Source of the DNA: Escherichia phage vB_EcoM_G9062
Length of the DNA stretch: 64,000 nucleotides
Sequence record: NC_054920.1
Direction: 5' to 3' (one strand)
The number at the start of each line of letters is the position of its first letter. The first letter of the stretch is position 1. The notes beneath the pieces are model-generated. The model did no database searches. It saw only the letters and a list, made by a program, of their open reading frames with translations, and was not told the DNA's origin. A program made the translations under genes and the position numbers. Shown here piece by piece: positions 31,023 through 43,561 of the stretch.

Positions 31023-31372
31023 TTAGAAAGGTCCTGGATGTCTTCTGCGAACTTGTTGAAGGAGTTGTTGATTTGTTTTTCAACCAATCCTGGCTTATGA
31101 GCCACCACATCCGCCTTCTTTGCGTCTTTGCGCAGTTTTTCATTTTCACGCTCAATAGCAGCAATTGCCTCACGATTTTTATTATTCATCGCATCAATAT
31201 AATTATACTGAATTCGCAAATTATTTAATGCTAAGGCGTTTTCATTGGCTGTTTTTGTAATTTCAGTAACTGATGTTTCTAATCTTTCTACCTTATTTTT
31301 TAAAATAATAGATGTTCCGCCAAATGCTATTACAAGTAATAGCAATCCAGCTGTAAAATTACTTACATGCAT
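31019..31372 (-). CDS. pseT.3: Inner-membrane spanin (i-spanin)
   Basis: N-terminal TM helix LLLLVIAFGGTSIIL then coiled-coil rich region. Confidence 0.7.
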   Translation of the reverse strand: MHVSNFTAGLLLLVIAFGGTSIILKNKVERLETSVTEITKTANENALALNNLRIQYNYIDAMNNKNREAIAAIERENEKLRKDAKKADVVAHKPGLVEKQINNSFNKFAEDIQDLSK

Positions 31373-31869
31373 AAAGTTTTAATAACCTCTATAATATCGT
31401 CTTGAGAAAGACCGTTAATTAAAATATGATGTTCAGCTGGAGATTTAGAAATTTTAAAGCATGCCTCAACATCTTCTGCCATATCCGATGCACTACGATT
31501 TGGATTACTAATTCCAAGACGATGCTTTCCAGTCAAAGGATTAACGATGATATAGCATTTACAACTATTGATATGAACATTAGGTTGAGTCTGATTAATA
31601 AATACATCACAATCATATTTCGCAAGCTGATTTTCTAAAAAGACTTTCATCTCTTCAACCGCATCAGGAAGCATATCACGGGCTTGCTCAAGACGACGAT
31701 TTCGATATTCTTTAATGGTCGTTTTCCGCTTGACTTGCTTAGCTAAATCTTTCTTAAGATCGGTGATATATCCAACTCGACGGTTTCCTTTAAATACAGA
31801 AATCCCATCTGTAGTATCACCGTATGCTTCAACGACCATTTCAGTAGTAATAAGCTGCAAATCCATCAT
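31363..31869 (-). CDS. alc: Alc, inhibitor of host transcription on cytosine-containing DNA
   Basis: 168 aa (T4 Alc ~167); position between rnlA and the spanins. Confidence 0.85.
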   Translation of the reverse strand: MMDLQLITTEMVVEAYGDTTDGISVFKGNRRVGYITDLKKDLAKQVKRKTTIKEYRNRRLEQARDMLPDAVEEMKVFLENQLAKYDCDVFINQTQPNVHINSCKCYIIVNPLTGKHRLGISNPNRSASDMAEDVEACFKISKSPAEHHILINGLSQDDIIEVIKTLCM

Positions 31870-31873
31870 AAAG

Positions 31874-31927
31874 TCCTCATGTTATGTCAGTAAGACTACT
31901 ATAACACAACACGAGGGACTTGTAAAC
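31874..31927 (-). promoter_or_regulatory. Early promoter plus leader, copy B of the 54-bp exact repeat
   Basis: Identical to 16011-16064; drives alc. Confidence 0.6.
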
Positions 31928-31930
31928 AGC

Positions 31931-33518
<1,588 letters not shown>

Positions 33519-33526
33519 AATAAAAT

Positions 33527-33540
33527 GGGCCTTGCGGCCC
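33527..33540 (-). terminator. GC hairpin between nrdB and denA
   Basis: gggcc-gcaa-ggccc, T-rich after it on the minus strand; lies between a GGAG and the denA ATG. Confidence 0.4.
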
Positions 33541-33545
33541 ACTCC

Positions 33546-34724
33546 TTAAAAATATTTTTTAAAACTCATCATAACTTTATCATCAACATCATTATCAATC
33601 TGTGCTACAAGATAAGATGACAGTTCTACTTCTTGTGGCGCGGATTGAACATTATCAGAATTAAGATATTCACGAATCCAAGGATACGGATGTTTAACCG
33701 GAGCATCGGTAATTGGGCATGGAAGACCGCACTGTTTCATACGAGATACAGTTAAGTAATCAATAAAGCTCCACATGCTATTTGTATTTAATCCAGGAAC
33801 ATCGCCATCTTTAAATAAATGAACTGCCCAGTCTTTTTCTTGACGGTTAACTTCCATGAAAATATCAACTGCTTCTTGTTCACACTCTTTGGCAATTTTA
33901 ACCCATTCATCACCATCAGTGCCAAGTTGAAGTTGACGAATAATATATTGTGTACCTTTAAGATGAAGCTGCTCATCACGTGCAATGAACTTCATAATCT
34001 TGGCATTACCTTCCATGATTTCCATGTTTTTATGGAAGTTAAAGGTACACGCAAAGGATACATAAAAACGAATAGCTTCTAATGCATTAATAACGTGCAA
34101 ACAGAGGTAAAGAGATTTCATTAGCTCACGCTTCCAATATGTCTCATGCTCAATAGCATCTTCAATAACGTCTTCGTCTGCATTAATTTCTTTTTGGTAT
34201 TCGATATCAGCTTTAGCGTTTTCCCAATAACGAGTTTTAATCAGAACATCATCATAATAACGTCCAATGGATTCAGCACGTTTCATAATAGCTTCATCTA
34301 ATACAATTTCATCAAATACCTTCGATGGATCAGTATAAAGATTTCGCATGATATGAGTATATGAACGACTGTGAATAGTTTCACTAAAAGTCCATGTAGC
34401 AACCCATGTATCAAGACTTGGGTCTGAAATTAACGACATAAGTACAGCAGATGGTGCACGACCCTGAATGCTATCCAAAAGTGATTGATACTTCAAGTTG
34501 TTAGTAAAAATATCTTGCTGATATTGAGGAAGCTTGTTAAATTGCGCAGCATCCATCATTAAGTTTACTTCTTCAGGACGCCAGAAAAATGACAACTGCT
34601 TTTCGGTTAAATCTTCAAAAACTTTATGACGTTGAATATCATAACGCGCAATACCAAGACCTGAACCAAAAAACATAGGTTCTTTTAAAACATCAACTGG
34701 ATTTGTATTAAAAACTGTGCTCAT
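33546..34724 (-). CDS. nrdB: Ribonucleotide reductase small subunit, intronless
   Basis: 392 aa from MSTVFNTNPVDV...; single uninterrupted ORF. Confidence 0.92.
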   Translation of the reverse strand: MSTVFNTNPVDVLKEPMFFGSGLGIARYDIQRHKVFEDLTEKQLSFFWRPEEVNLMMDAAQFNKLPQYQQDIFTNNLKYQSLLDSIQGRAPSAVLMSLISDPSLDTWVATWTFSETIHSRSYTHIMRNLYTDPSKVFDEIVLDEAIMKRAESIGRYYDDVLIKTRYWENAKADIEYQKEINADEDVIEDAIEHETYWKRELMKSLYLCLHVINALEAIRFYVSFACTFNFHKNMEIMEGNAKIMKFIARDEQLHLKGTQYIIRQLQLGTDGDEWVKIAKECEQEAVDIFMEVNRQEKDWAVHLFKDGDVPGLNTNSMWSFIDYLTVSRMKQCGLPCPITDAPVKHPYPWIREYLNSDNVQSAPQEVELSSYLVAQIDNDVDDKVMMSFKKYF

Positions 34725-35455
34725 AAATTTTTCCTCTTTAAAATTCTGCCGTGTTTCCAACCTGGCGGTATAATATCATCTTTACCTATAAGCGTGCATT
34801 CACTTCCATTATTAATCCATTTCTTACCGCGGATTCCTTTATAATCTCTTGGTTTTATTTTGTCAAACTTTGCATCAAGTTGATATGACCATCTAAATCC
34901 ATAAGCATATTGAAATTTACCCTCGGCACAATATTTGATATTTGACCCGTTTCCATTAACTGACCGGGACGCTGCCGCAATAGAGTGAAAGGTTTCTATG
35001 AAATCCCCATCTAATGAGAATTTATGTATTTCTACAGATGGGCACGCATATCTATTCACGTTAGATACATGCTGTTTAGTTTCGTTTTTATGATGCTTGC
35101 CTAGCATCCCTTTAGGATGAGGATTATTTTTCCAATATTTCTTAAAGAACTCAGAATTAGCTTTAGCAAATAATTTTCTGTGTAAGCTGTACAATCTGTT
35201 ATTAATTCTATTGCCAGCTTTATCTGTTGCCATTAACGTTAACGCAGAGGCAAGACCAAAATGGCCTTCATTTATCTTACATAGTAATAGATGAGCTATA
35301 AAATGTTCTCTGGCTGTTAATTCAACTAAATTTTCCTTATCATCAGAACCTCCCATACATTTAGGGATTATATGATGTGTCTCTTTATATTCTAGTAAAG
35401 ATTCCCGAGCCTGAGCTCGGGAAATTAGGTCGTTATAGATTTTTTGATAATTCAT
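34721..35455 (-). mobile_element. mobE: Free-standing HNH homing endonuclease (MobE-like) between nrdA and nrdB
   Basis: 244 aa; HNH motif HHIIPKCMGGSDDKENLVELTAREH; C-terminal YAYGFRWSY DNA-binding-like motif; start overlaps nrdA stop. Confidence 0.8.
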
Positions 35456-37719
35456 TACAATTTACACGCTGCGCAATCATCGGCTTTTGGAGTTTCTATT
35501 TCATAATCATCAGTACCAGAACCATCGCGGGTATTATGATAATAGAAATTTTTAATGCCATAATACCATCCGTATAGCATGTCATCAATCATTATTGACA
35601 TTGGAACCTTTCCTTTTGGAAAAATCTGTGGGTCATAATATGTATTCGCTGAAGCTGATTGACATACCCATTTCAGCATAATAGCTACCTGCGTAAGATA
35701 AGGTTTATTACCTTTCTTAGCTAATTTCCATGTATAATCATAGAGGTCTATGTTATGTTCAATATTGGGCACGACTTGATTAAAGGAACCCTCTTTTGAT
35801 TCTTTAACAGAGACTGGTCCACGTGGAGGCTCGATACCGTTTGTACTGTTAGAAACTTGGGAAGATGACTCACATGGCATAAGTGCTGATAATGTGCTAT
35901 TACGGATGCCAAAGAGCTTAAGGTCTTCCCGCAGCGACGACCAGTCACAAACGTATTTTGGAGCTGCGATTTGGTCAATCTTTTTATTGTACCAGTCGAT
36001 AGGTAATTCGCCTCGAGACCAACGAGTGTCTGAATAATATTCGCAAGGTCCTTTTTCTTTGGCGAGCTTAATGGATGCTTTAATGAGTCCATACTGTAAT
36101 CTCTCAAATAGTTCATGTGTTAAATCGTTAGCATCTTCATAAGAAGCAAAGTTACTTGCCAGCCAAGCTGCATAGTTAGTAACACCTACACCAAGGTTTC
36201 GACGCTTTTTAGCTTTTTCTGCTTCAGGAACTGGATATCCTTGGTAATCCAAAAGATTATCAAGAGCACGAACTTGAACTTCTGCTAATTCATTAATTTT
36301 ATCTTGGTCTTGCCAATCGAAGTTATCCAGCACAAATGCAGATAACGTGCACAATCCAATTTCAGCATCAGGACTATTCACATCATTTGTTGGAATAGCA
36401 ATTTCACAGCACAAGTTACTCTGACGAATAGGTGCCTTTTCACGAATAAACGGAGTATAGTTATTCGTATTATCAATGAACTGTACATAAATTCTTGCTG
36501 TTCCTGAACGTTCAGTCATGAGCAATTCAAATAGTTCACGGGCTTTAATACGCTTTTTACGAATATTAGGGTCTTTTTCTGCTGCTTCGTATAATTCACG
36601 GAAACGGTCTTGGTCTTTAAAATAAGAATAATAAAGCTCTCCACCCATTTCATGCGGACTGAACAAAGTAATGTAATCGTTCTTTCCGAATCGTTCCATC
36701 ATCAAATCATTCAGTTGAACACCATAATCCATATGACGAATGCGGTTTTCTTCTACGCCTTTGTTATTTTTCAAAACGAGAAGATTTTCAACTTCCAAAT
36801 GCCAAATAGGATAATAAGCAGTAGCAGCGCCGCCACGAATTCCACCCTGTGAACATGATTTAACTGCAGTCTGAAAATGTTTCCAAAAAGGAATAACACC
36901 AGTATGGCGTACTTCACCCATGCCAATCTTAGAACCTTCGGCACGAATCATACCAACGTTAATACCAATTCCAGCGCGTTTAGAGATATATTCAACAATT
37001 GAAGCGGAAGCCTTGTTGATAGACTTTAATGAATCACCTGCCTCAATAACAACACATGAACTAAACTGTCGAGTCGGAGTACGACAACCAGCCATAATAG
37101 GAGTTGGTAATGAAATCTGTCGAGTAGATACTGCTTCATAAAAACGAATAACGTGTTTTAATCTATCAACAGGTTCATCTTGATGCAAGGCCATTCCAAT
37201 AGTCATAAATGCAAACTGTGGAGTTTCATAAATTTGACCAGTGGTTTTATCTTTAACTAGATATTTTTCTTTTAATTGCATCGCCCCGGAATAAGTAAAT
37301 TCCATATCCCGTTCGTGCTTAATTTTTGATTCTAAAAATGTAATTTCTTCTGCTGAATATTTTGACAACAGTTCAGGGTCGTATTTACCTTCATTTACAC
37401 AGTAAGAAATATGGTCAATAAATGAACGCGGTTCATACTGCCCATAAACATGCTTACGAAGAGCGAACATTAGACAACGTGCAGCTACATATTGATAATC
37501 AGGCTCTTCAACCGAAATAGAATTCGCAGCGGCCTTAATGACAATAGTCTGAATATCATCAGTTGTCATTCCATCACGGAGATAAGATTTAATATTTTCA
37601 TATAATTCATAAGGATCTACTGATGTTCCCTCAGCTGCCCAAGATAAAACTTTAATAATTTTTTGTGGGTCAAAGCTCTGAGAAACACCACTACTTTTGA
37701 TAACATTAATTAATTGCAT
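35455..37719 (-). CDS. nrdA: Ribonucleotide reductase large subunit
   Basis: 754 aa, same length as T4 NrdA. Confidence 0.93.
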   Translation of the reverse strand: MQLINVIKSSGVSQSFDPQKIIKVLSWAAEGTSVDPYELYENIKSYLRDGMTTDDIQTIVIKAAANSISVEEPDYQYVAARCLMFALRKHVYGQYEPRSFIDHISYCVNEGKYDPELLSKYSAEEITFLESKIKHERDMEFTYSGAMQLKEKYLVKDKTTGQIYETPQFAFMTIGMALHQDEPVDRLKHVIRFYEAVSTRQISLPTPIMAGCRTPTRQFSSCVVIEAGDSLKSINKASASIVEYISKRAGIGINVGMIRAEGSKIGMGEVRHTGVIPFWKHFQTAVKSCSQGGIRGGAATAYYPIWHLEVENLLVLKNNKGVEENRIRHMDYGVQLNDLMMERFGKNDYITLFSPHEMGGELYYSYFKDQDRFRELYEAAEKDPNIRKKRIKARELFELLMTERSGTARIYVQFIDNTNNYTPFIREKAPIRQSNLCCEIAIPTNDVNSPDAEIGLCTLSAFVLDNFDWQDQDKINELAEVQVRALDNLLDYQGYPVPEAEKAKKRRNLGVGVTNYAAWLASNFASYEDANDLTHELFERLQYGLIKASIKLAKEKGPCEYYSDTRWSRGELPIDWYNKKIDQIAAPKYVCDWSSLREDLKLFGIRNSTLSALMPCESSSQVSNSTNGIEPPRGPVSVKESKEGSFNQVVPNIEHNIDLYDYTWKLAKKGNKPYLTQVAIMLKWVCQSASANTYYDPQIFPKGKVPMSIMIDDMLYGWYYGIKNFYYHNTRDGSGTDDYEIETPKADDCAACKL

Positions 37720-38036
37720 AAGTCCTCAACTTGAAAATCGTCTTTAAACAATCGGTTAACTATATGAGCTATTATATCACCATGACACGGCTTTGGTTTA
37801 CATGTGCATCCTAGCCTCATTCCACGTAAAGGCTCTAAATGTGCTTTAGTTATTTCTCCGGATTTAATTCGACGTATAAAATCTTTTTTGAATAATTCAA
37901 TGGCAGCCTCCCGGCTGCCAGCATCTTTACCGACGTAATTTCCCCAAAATGTACCGCGGTGAATATTAACATCAAAGTCGGATTTATATTTATTCACTAC
38001 CTGGCATAGACGGCCCGCGCGGTGATAATTCGTCAT
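37710..38036 (-). CDS. DUF4326-like small Cys/His protein (nrdA.1 position)
   Basis: 108 aa; motif [13 protein letters not shown]. Confidence 0.6.
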   Translation of the reverse strand: MTNYHRAGRLCQVVNKYKSDFDVNIHRGTFWGNYVGKDAGSREAAIELFKKDFIRRIKSGEITKAHLEPLRGMRLGCTCKPKPCHGDIIAHIVNRLFKDDFQVEDLCN

Positions 38037-38265
38037 ATTGTTTTTCCGTTAAAACAGTAATATCATAGTAACAATCAGAAGAAGTTTTAACTGTAGAAAT
38101 TTTATTATCAAAATACTCACGAGTCATTTTATGAGTATAATATTTTTTGCCATAAATGATAATAGGCTGATTTGGTCCTGGAACTTCTAGCTCACTTGGA
38201 TTAGGAAGTGTAAAAAGAACTGCACCAGAAGTATCTTTAAATCGTAAAATCATATATCCTCGCAA
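37990..38265 (-). CDS. Hypothetical protein (nrdA.2 position)
   Basis: 91-aa ORF. Confidence 0.55.
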   Translation of the reverse strand: MRGYMILRFKDTSGAVLFTLPNPSELEVPGPNQPIIIYGKKYYTHKMTREYFDNKISTVKTSSDCYYDITVLTEKQYDELSPRGPSMPGSE

Positions 38266-38276
38266 TTAAATTGAAA

Positions 38277-39137
38277 TTACACCGCCATCTTTCCTTTAAT
38301 TGGCGGGTGAGATACATAGTTGTTAAGAACAAAATTATGCGGCTTTGCGAATTGACTCAACCAAAATACCTGTGATTCTGTACCCCATTCATCGAATTCA
38401 TCTGGAAATTTTAATTGCAATTCGCATAAATCCATAGGTTCACGACGCAAAATTTCTTTACATTGTTCTACGTGATTCATATAGATATGAGTATTACCAC
38501 CAGAAAATATCAAATCTCCCGGAATAAGATTACACATCTTAGCTACAATATGAACTAACGCAGCGTATGATGCAATGTTGAATGGCAAGCCCAAGAACAC
38601 GTCAACACTTCTTTGATACCACTGTAAATCCAAATAGCCATTACGCACATTAAACTGATAGAACATATGACAAGGAGGTAATGCCATTTGCTTAAGTTCT
38701 GCCGGATTCCATGCTGAAACAATTTGACGCCTATCATTTGGCAGTTTTTTAATACGATCAATAACTTCTATAATTTGGTCTACACCGCCAAAATCACGCC
38801 ATTGTTTTCCATAAATTGGACCAAGTTCACCGCTATGGTATCCTAAATCTTTTGCTTGATTTTCGTAATTTTCATCCCAGACTGTTTTGCCTTGAATTAA
38901 TGAATTATGTTGAATTAATCGCAAATCATTTACGTTAGTACTTCCTGATAAGAACCACAATAACTCAGAAATACATGCATTCCAGGCGAGCTTCTTAGTT
39001 GTTACTGCAGGAAAACCTTTAGTTAAATCCCAGCGTAATTTAGTACCGAACAAAGCAATTGTTCCTGTGCCTGTTCGGTCATCGGTTTCATAGCCATTTT
39101 CAAAAATGTCTTTAATTAAATCTTGGTATTGTTTCAT
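38277..39137 (-). CDS. td: Thymidylate synthase, intronless
   Basis: 286 aa continuous ORF; catalytic region PPCHMFYQF. Confidence 0.93.
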   Translation of the reverse strand: MKQYQDLIKDIFENGYETDDRTGTGTIALFGTKLRWDLTKGFPAVTTKKLAWNACISELLWFLSGSTNVNDLRLIQHNSLIQGKTVWDENYENQAKDLGYHSGELGPIYGKQWRDFGGVDQIIEVIDRIKKLPNDRRQIVSAWNPAELKQMALPPCHMFYQFNVRNGYLDLQWYQRSVDVFLGLPFNIASYAALVHIVAKMCNLIPGDLIFSGGNTHIYMNHVEQCKEILRREPMDLCELQLKFPDEFDEWGTESQVFWLSQFAKPHNFVLNNYVSHPPIKGKMAV

Positions 39138-39182
39138 TTAGTACCTTATATAAATTATAATACATTTTATGAAGCTAAATAA

Positions 39183-39530
39183 TCAATACGGTTTAGCATC
39201 AAATTTTCTCTCAATTTCAGGCGTGAAATATAATTCTTTACCGCGTTTGGAAAAGCGACCAATAATATGATAATTATTCTCATCAAACGTGATATTACCA
39301 ATATCCATAGCTTTCAACCAAATATCGATATTTCTATCCAGCTTTATGTCAAAATTCCAATACGGTGAACTATTACCGAAAATACTGCAAGCGGATTCAG
39401 TGAAACAACTGCTATAAATCTTGTCTTTAGGAACTACTAATTGATAGACACCTTTAATAAACTGAGGACCCTGCCACTTTGGCTGTTTCGTGTCTTTTTC
39501 TAATAGAATAGGGTAATAATTAAAATTCAT
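39183..39530 (-). CDS. Hypothetical 115-aa protein inserted between frd and td
   Basis: ATG-initiated ORF filling a ~410-bp gap between genes that adjoin in T4. Confidence 0.6.
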   Translation of the reverse strand: MNFNYYPILLEKDTKQPKWQGPQFIKGVYQLVVPKDKIYSSCFTESACSIFGNSSPYWNFDIKLDRNIDIWLKAMDIGNITFDENNYHIIGRFSKRGKELYFTPEIERKFDAKPY

Positions 39531-39549
39531 ATTTCCGCCACGCGTTATT

Positions 39550-40376
<827 letters not shown>

Positions 40377-40387
40377 ATTATCTCCTA

Positions 40388-40720
40388 TTAAAAAGGATCA
40401 GGAACATATCCGCTAGCTTTAATCATTTTAATTAACGTTAACATTCCTTTGTTAACTGCTCGTGAGATTTCATCAAAAACTTCATCACTAAAAAGTTCTA
40501 ACACGCCCTTCTGAACTTTTAATTTACAGCCAACAATTTCGTCATCTCCTATAGTAAATTCGCTTCCGCCAATTCCGCCGAAAAACTTAATTACGCCAGT
40601 TAACTGTCTTCCACGAGAATATGGGTCGTGTGATAAAGTAATATGAGTCACCCCGGGTACAGTTTTAAATTGGCAGCGAATATTTACTTGTGAAATTCCA
40701 ATTACATGAATGTCAGACAT
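40388..40720 (-). CDS. Hypothetical protein
   Basis: 110-aa ORF. Confidence 0.55.
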   Translation of the reverse strand: MSDIHVIGISQVNIRCQFKTVPGVTHITLSHDPYSRGRQLTGVIKFFGGIGGSEFTIGDDEIVGCKLKVQKGVLELFSDEVFDEISRAVNKGMLTLIKMIKASGYVPDPF

Positions 40721-40730
40721 AATATTTTCC

Positions 40731-40973
40731 TCAAATAGACTTTTTCACAATTTTCCAATCAGCTTTAAACTGATCGACGTCAGAGTGATAAATCCAAAAT
40801 CCTGCGCTTTCACCGTCTTCATAAAGCGGACACCCATCACATTCATCTTCCCATCCCATGCCACGTAAAAGGTGTTCAGCTTTTTCAACAAGTTCAGAAT
40901 CTTTACCGATGATATTAAAATACCATTTACCTCTAACTTCTGAATCTTTGATACTCTGACGTTGTAATCTCAT
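40731..40973 (-). CDS. Hypothetical protein
   Basis: 80-aa ORF. Confidence 0.55.
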   Translation of the reverse strand: MRLQRQSIKDSEVRGKWYFNIIGKDSELVEKAEHLLRGMGWEDECDGCPLYEDGESAGFWIYHSDVDQFKADWKIVKKSI

Positions 40974-40982
40974 TTTATTCTC

Positions 40983-41052
40983 CTTAGCAAGCTTTAATCA
41001 AAAGATATAAACAGACCAACATAACTGCTGCCATAATATAAGGTGCGAACAT
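40983..41052 (-). CDS. Possible 22-aa hydrophobic peptide
   Basis: MFAPYIMAAVMLVCLYLLIKAC with SD ggag; early promoter upstream. Confidence 0.3.
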
Positions 41053-41111
41053 TTTCTTTTCTCCATTAGTTTTGATAGGGTAATAGTATCACACTACTAC
41101 CCTTTTGTAAA

Positions 41112-41477
41112 CTACTTTTTGAAAGTTTTTCGCAAAAGTTCAATGATTTCATCTACATTGTTTTCGTCAACAATGCAGTGAATTTTTGTTACGCCAGAAA
41201 CTATGTCTTCGGCTCCATCTTCTTCAGAAGTCGGTTCTTTATACTCGCGAAAACAATGAAATTCGTCTTCACAAACGTTAAAGTAAAAATGCTTTCCATT
41301 TGCGCATTCAATGTGTTTTATTACTCTAAATCCATCAACAAAGAAAGCTTCTTTAACTTCAAACCATCCACCATTTTCTTGAATAATTTTAACTATCGAT
41401 GAATTAGAACGTGGGCGATAATTAATAAATGTATCAATAAGTCTTGGAACAAGCTCATACTTTTTGCCAATATACAT
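41112..41477 (-). CDS. Hypothetical protein
   Basis: 121-aa ORF with SD gagga. Confidence 0.55.
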   Translation of the reverse strand: MYIGKKYELVPRLIDTFINYRPRSNSSIVKIIQENGGWFEVKEAFFVDGFRVIKHIECANGKHFYFNVCEDEFHCFREYKEPTSEEDGAEDIVSGVTKIHCIVDENNVDEIIELLRKTFKK

Positions 41478-41522
41478 TACGTTTTCCTCATTTTAACGGG
41501 GCTTGTAATAGCCCCTTGATAA

Positions 41523-41753
41523 TTATTGTTCAATCAATCCCATGTAAAATTCTGCGTCTTCAGAATCCATACCATCACAATATTCATTAGCCATAAAGCG
41601 GGTGAGGTCTTCAAGAGGACCTTCAATGACAATAGAAAAATTGCAATAATTGGGATCATCGTGAATACTTGTGATACTAAGTTCAGGATAACGATTACGA
41701 ATAATTTCTTCGATATATTCAAAATCAACGATGTCAATATCAACTTTAGCCAT
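41523..41753 (-). CDS. Hypothetical acidic protein
   Basis: 76 aa from MAKVDIDIV...; the longer track ORF would read through the promoter. Confidence 0.5.
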   Translation of the reverse strand: MAKVDIDIVDFEYIEEIIRNRYPELSITSIHDDPNYCNFSIVIEGPLEDLTRFMANEYCDGMDSEDAEFYMGLIEQ

Positions 41754-41782
41754 ATTATTTTCCTCTTTAATTATCAGCAGTA

Positions 41783-41816
41783 TTGCCGATAGTTGTATAG
41801 TACCATGGAAGGACAA
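41783..41816 (-). promoter_or_regulatory. T4-type early promoter
   Basis: Minus strand GTTTAC, 18 nt, gGTACTATAC. Confidence 0.5.
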
Positions 41817-41857
41817 GGATGTAAACAGTTTTGTGAAAAAATTTTTGAAATAAAAAA

Positions 41858-41876
41858 GGGGACCTCTAGGGTCCCC
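41858..41876 (-). terminator. Terminator downstream of gene 32
   Basis: Imperfect GC stem ggggacc...ggtcccc followed by T6 on the minus strand. Confidence 0.6.
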
Positions 41877-41898
41877 AATTAATTAGTAATATAATCTG

Positions 41899-42807
41899 TT
41901 AAAGGTCATTCAAAAGGTCATCTAGGTCCGTGTCATCAGCACTAGATGAACTGCCAGAGCTTGAGCTCATAAAATCATCTTCAGTTTTTGTTTTGAAGTC
42001 ATCAACATTGAATGCATCCAAATCATCAGCAACTTTATCAGCTTTCTTAGCGGCAGTTGCAGCGGCACCACCCATTGCAGCAGTTCCCATAACTTGACTG
42101 AACTTAGTGCTCAGTTCTTCAAATGATTTGAATTTATCTTTAGAAGTCATTTCAGAAAGGTCAACCATTTGTTCGAACAGTTCTTTCTGGAAAGATTCAT
42201 CGTCAATGTTTGGAATCGCAGATTGATTCAGGAATTTAGATTCGTCGTAGTTACTAAAACCAGAAACTTGTTTAACTTTCAGTACAAAGTTAGCACCTTC
42301 CCACGGGCAAGTTACATCAACCGGAGTTTCACCCATTTCAACATCAACTGCAATCATTGCATTGATTTTATCCCAGATTTTCTTACCGAAACGATATTTA
42401 AATACTTTACCTTCGTTTTCTGGAGCAGCTGGGTCTTTTACAACAAGAATGTTAGCCCAGTAAGAAGTTTTACGTTTAACAAGACTGTACTCTTTATTGT
42501 CAGTGTTGTACAAATCATTTTTACTGATGTACTGACATACTGGACAAGAATCGTAATCACCGTAGGTAGATGAGCATGTTTCGATATACCATTTACCATT
42601 TTTCTTGAAACCGTGATTTACAAGAAGTGCGAATGGTGCTTGTTCATCATTTTTAGACGGAAGAAAACGAATTACTGCTTGGCCGTTACCCGCATTGTCG
42701 AGTTTCAGTTTCCACTCGCCTTTATCTTCAGAAGAAAAACCACCTTTATTTCCAGCCAGTTTAGCCATTTGCGCAGCGAGTTCAGCAGTAGATTTACGTT
42801 TAAACAT
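41899..42807 (-). CDS. 32: Single-stranded DNA-binding protein gp32
   Basis: 302 aa; acidic Ser-rich C-terminal tail [22 protein letters not shown]. Confidence 0.95.
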   Translation of the reverse strand: MFKRKSTAELAAQMAKLAGNKGGFSSEDKGEWKLKLDNAGNGQAVIRFLPSKNDEQAPFALLVNHGFKKNGKWYIETCSSTYGDYDSCPVCQYISKNDLYNTDNKEYSLVKRKTSYWANILVVKDPAAPENEGKVFKYRFGKKIWDKINAMIAVDVEMGETPVDVTCPWEGANFVLKVKQVSGFSNYDESKFLNQSAIPNIDDESFQKELFEQMVDLSEMTSKDKFKSFEELSTKFSQVMGTAAMGGAAATAAKKADKVADDLDAFNVDDFKTKTEDDFMSSSSGSSSSADDTDLDDLLNDL

Positions 42808-42865
42808 TTTTATTTCCTTTTTAATTTAATTAACAGTTGGTGCTATGACGATGTATGACCTCATA
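42808..42865 (-). promoter_or_regulatory. Gene 32 autoregulatory translational operator (pseudoknot plus A/U-rich region)
   Basis: mRNA reads UGACC-AGCUAUGA-GGUCA-UACAUCG-UCAUAGC then UUAAUUAAAUUAAAAAGGAAAUAAAAAUG. Confidence 0.7.
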
Positions 42866-42891
42866 GCTGGTCAGTGAGATAATTATAATCT

Positions 42892-42899
42892 TATTTATA
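42892..42899 (-). promoter_or_regulatory. Late promoter TATAAATA upstream of gene 32
   Basis: Minus-strand TATAAATA about 85 nt upstream of the gene 32 ATG. Confidence 0.45.
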
Positions 42900-42907
42900 A
42901 TAAGCAA

Positions 42908-43561
42908 TTAATACTTGCAAGATTTCACAGTTTCAATGAAAACATTTTTAGCTTTCTGTGAATCAATATTTAAAATTTTTCTATAAGCCTTTAACTTTAT
43001 AGAATAATTATTCCAGACTAAATTATCAGTCTGTTCATCATGTTTATCAATTATATTTAAAAACGAATCAAGCAAGATAAACGTCTCAAACGAAATTATG
43101 TTCGATTGCAGAAGTTTAAAAATATAACTTGACTGAACCTTTGGATTATATTCAAAGATTTCTTTAAAAGCAGAAACTTCAACTTTTTTACTAAAATAAT
43201 AAATGTTGCGAATATCTTCTTCAAACTTAAATTTAATTTGCTTTAAGCGTCCGATATATTCACGATAAAACACAAGTGCATCAGCGTCAGAGATGTCACC
43301 AATCCAAGCATCCTGGTTAGCAACCAAATTACTTATAAAAATTAAAGCAAGTTCCTTTAATTTATATTTTTCTGATAACTTCTGGAAAAAATACTTATCC
43401 CTTCGCTTTTGATAAGCGGCATCAGACACCCGCATGCACCAATTATACTTAATTACATCATACTTTCCATTCATATGCTGTTTTATCATTAAGTATAATT
43501 TATAAACTGATTTACCATCAATGTATCTTTCACCACCAGCAGGCATGCGGAGTTTAATCAT
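42908..43561 (-). CDS. 59: Gp59 helicase loader
   Basis: 217 aa, as T4 gp59. Confidence 0.9.
   Translation of the reverse strand: MIKLRMPAGGERYIDGKSVYKLYLMIKQHMNGKYDVIKYNWCMRVSDAAYQKRRDKYFFQKLSEKYKLKELALIFISNLVANQDAWIGDISDADALVFYREYIGRLKQIKFKFEEDIRNIYYFSKKVEVSAFKEIFEYNPKVQSSYIFKLLQSNIISFETFILLDSFLNIIDKHDEQTDNLVWNNYSIKLKAYRKILNIDSQKAKNVFIETVKSCKY

Noticed and set aside
38277-39137. Group I introns in td and nrdB, as in T4
   Set aside because: Both genes are single uninterrupted ORFs of full expected length; no intron-sized insertion or intron-encoded endonuclease is present.
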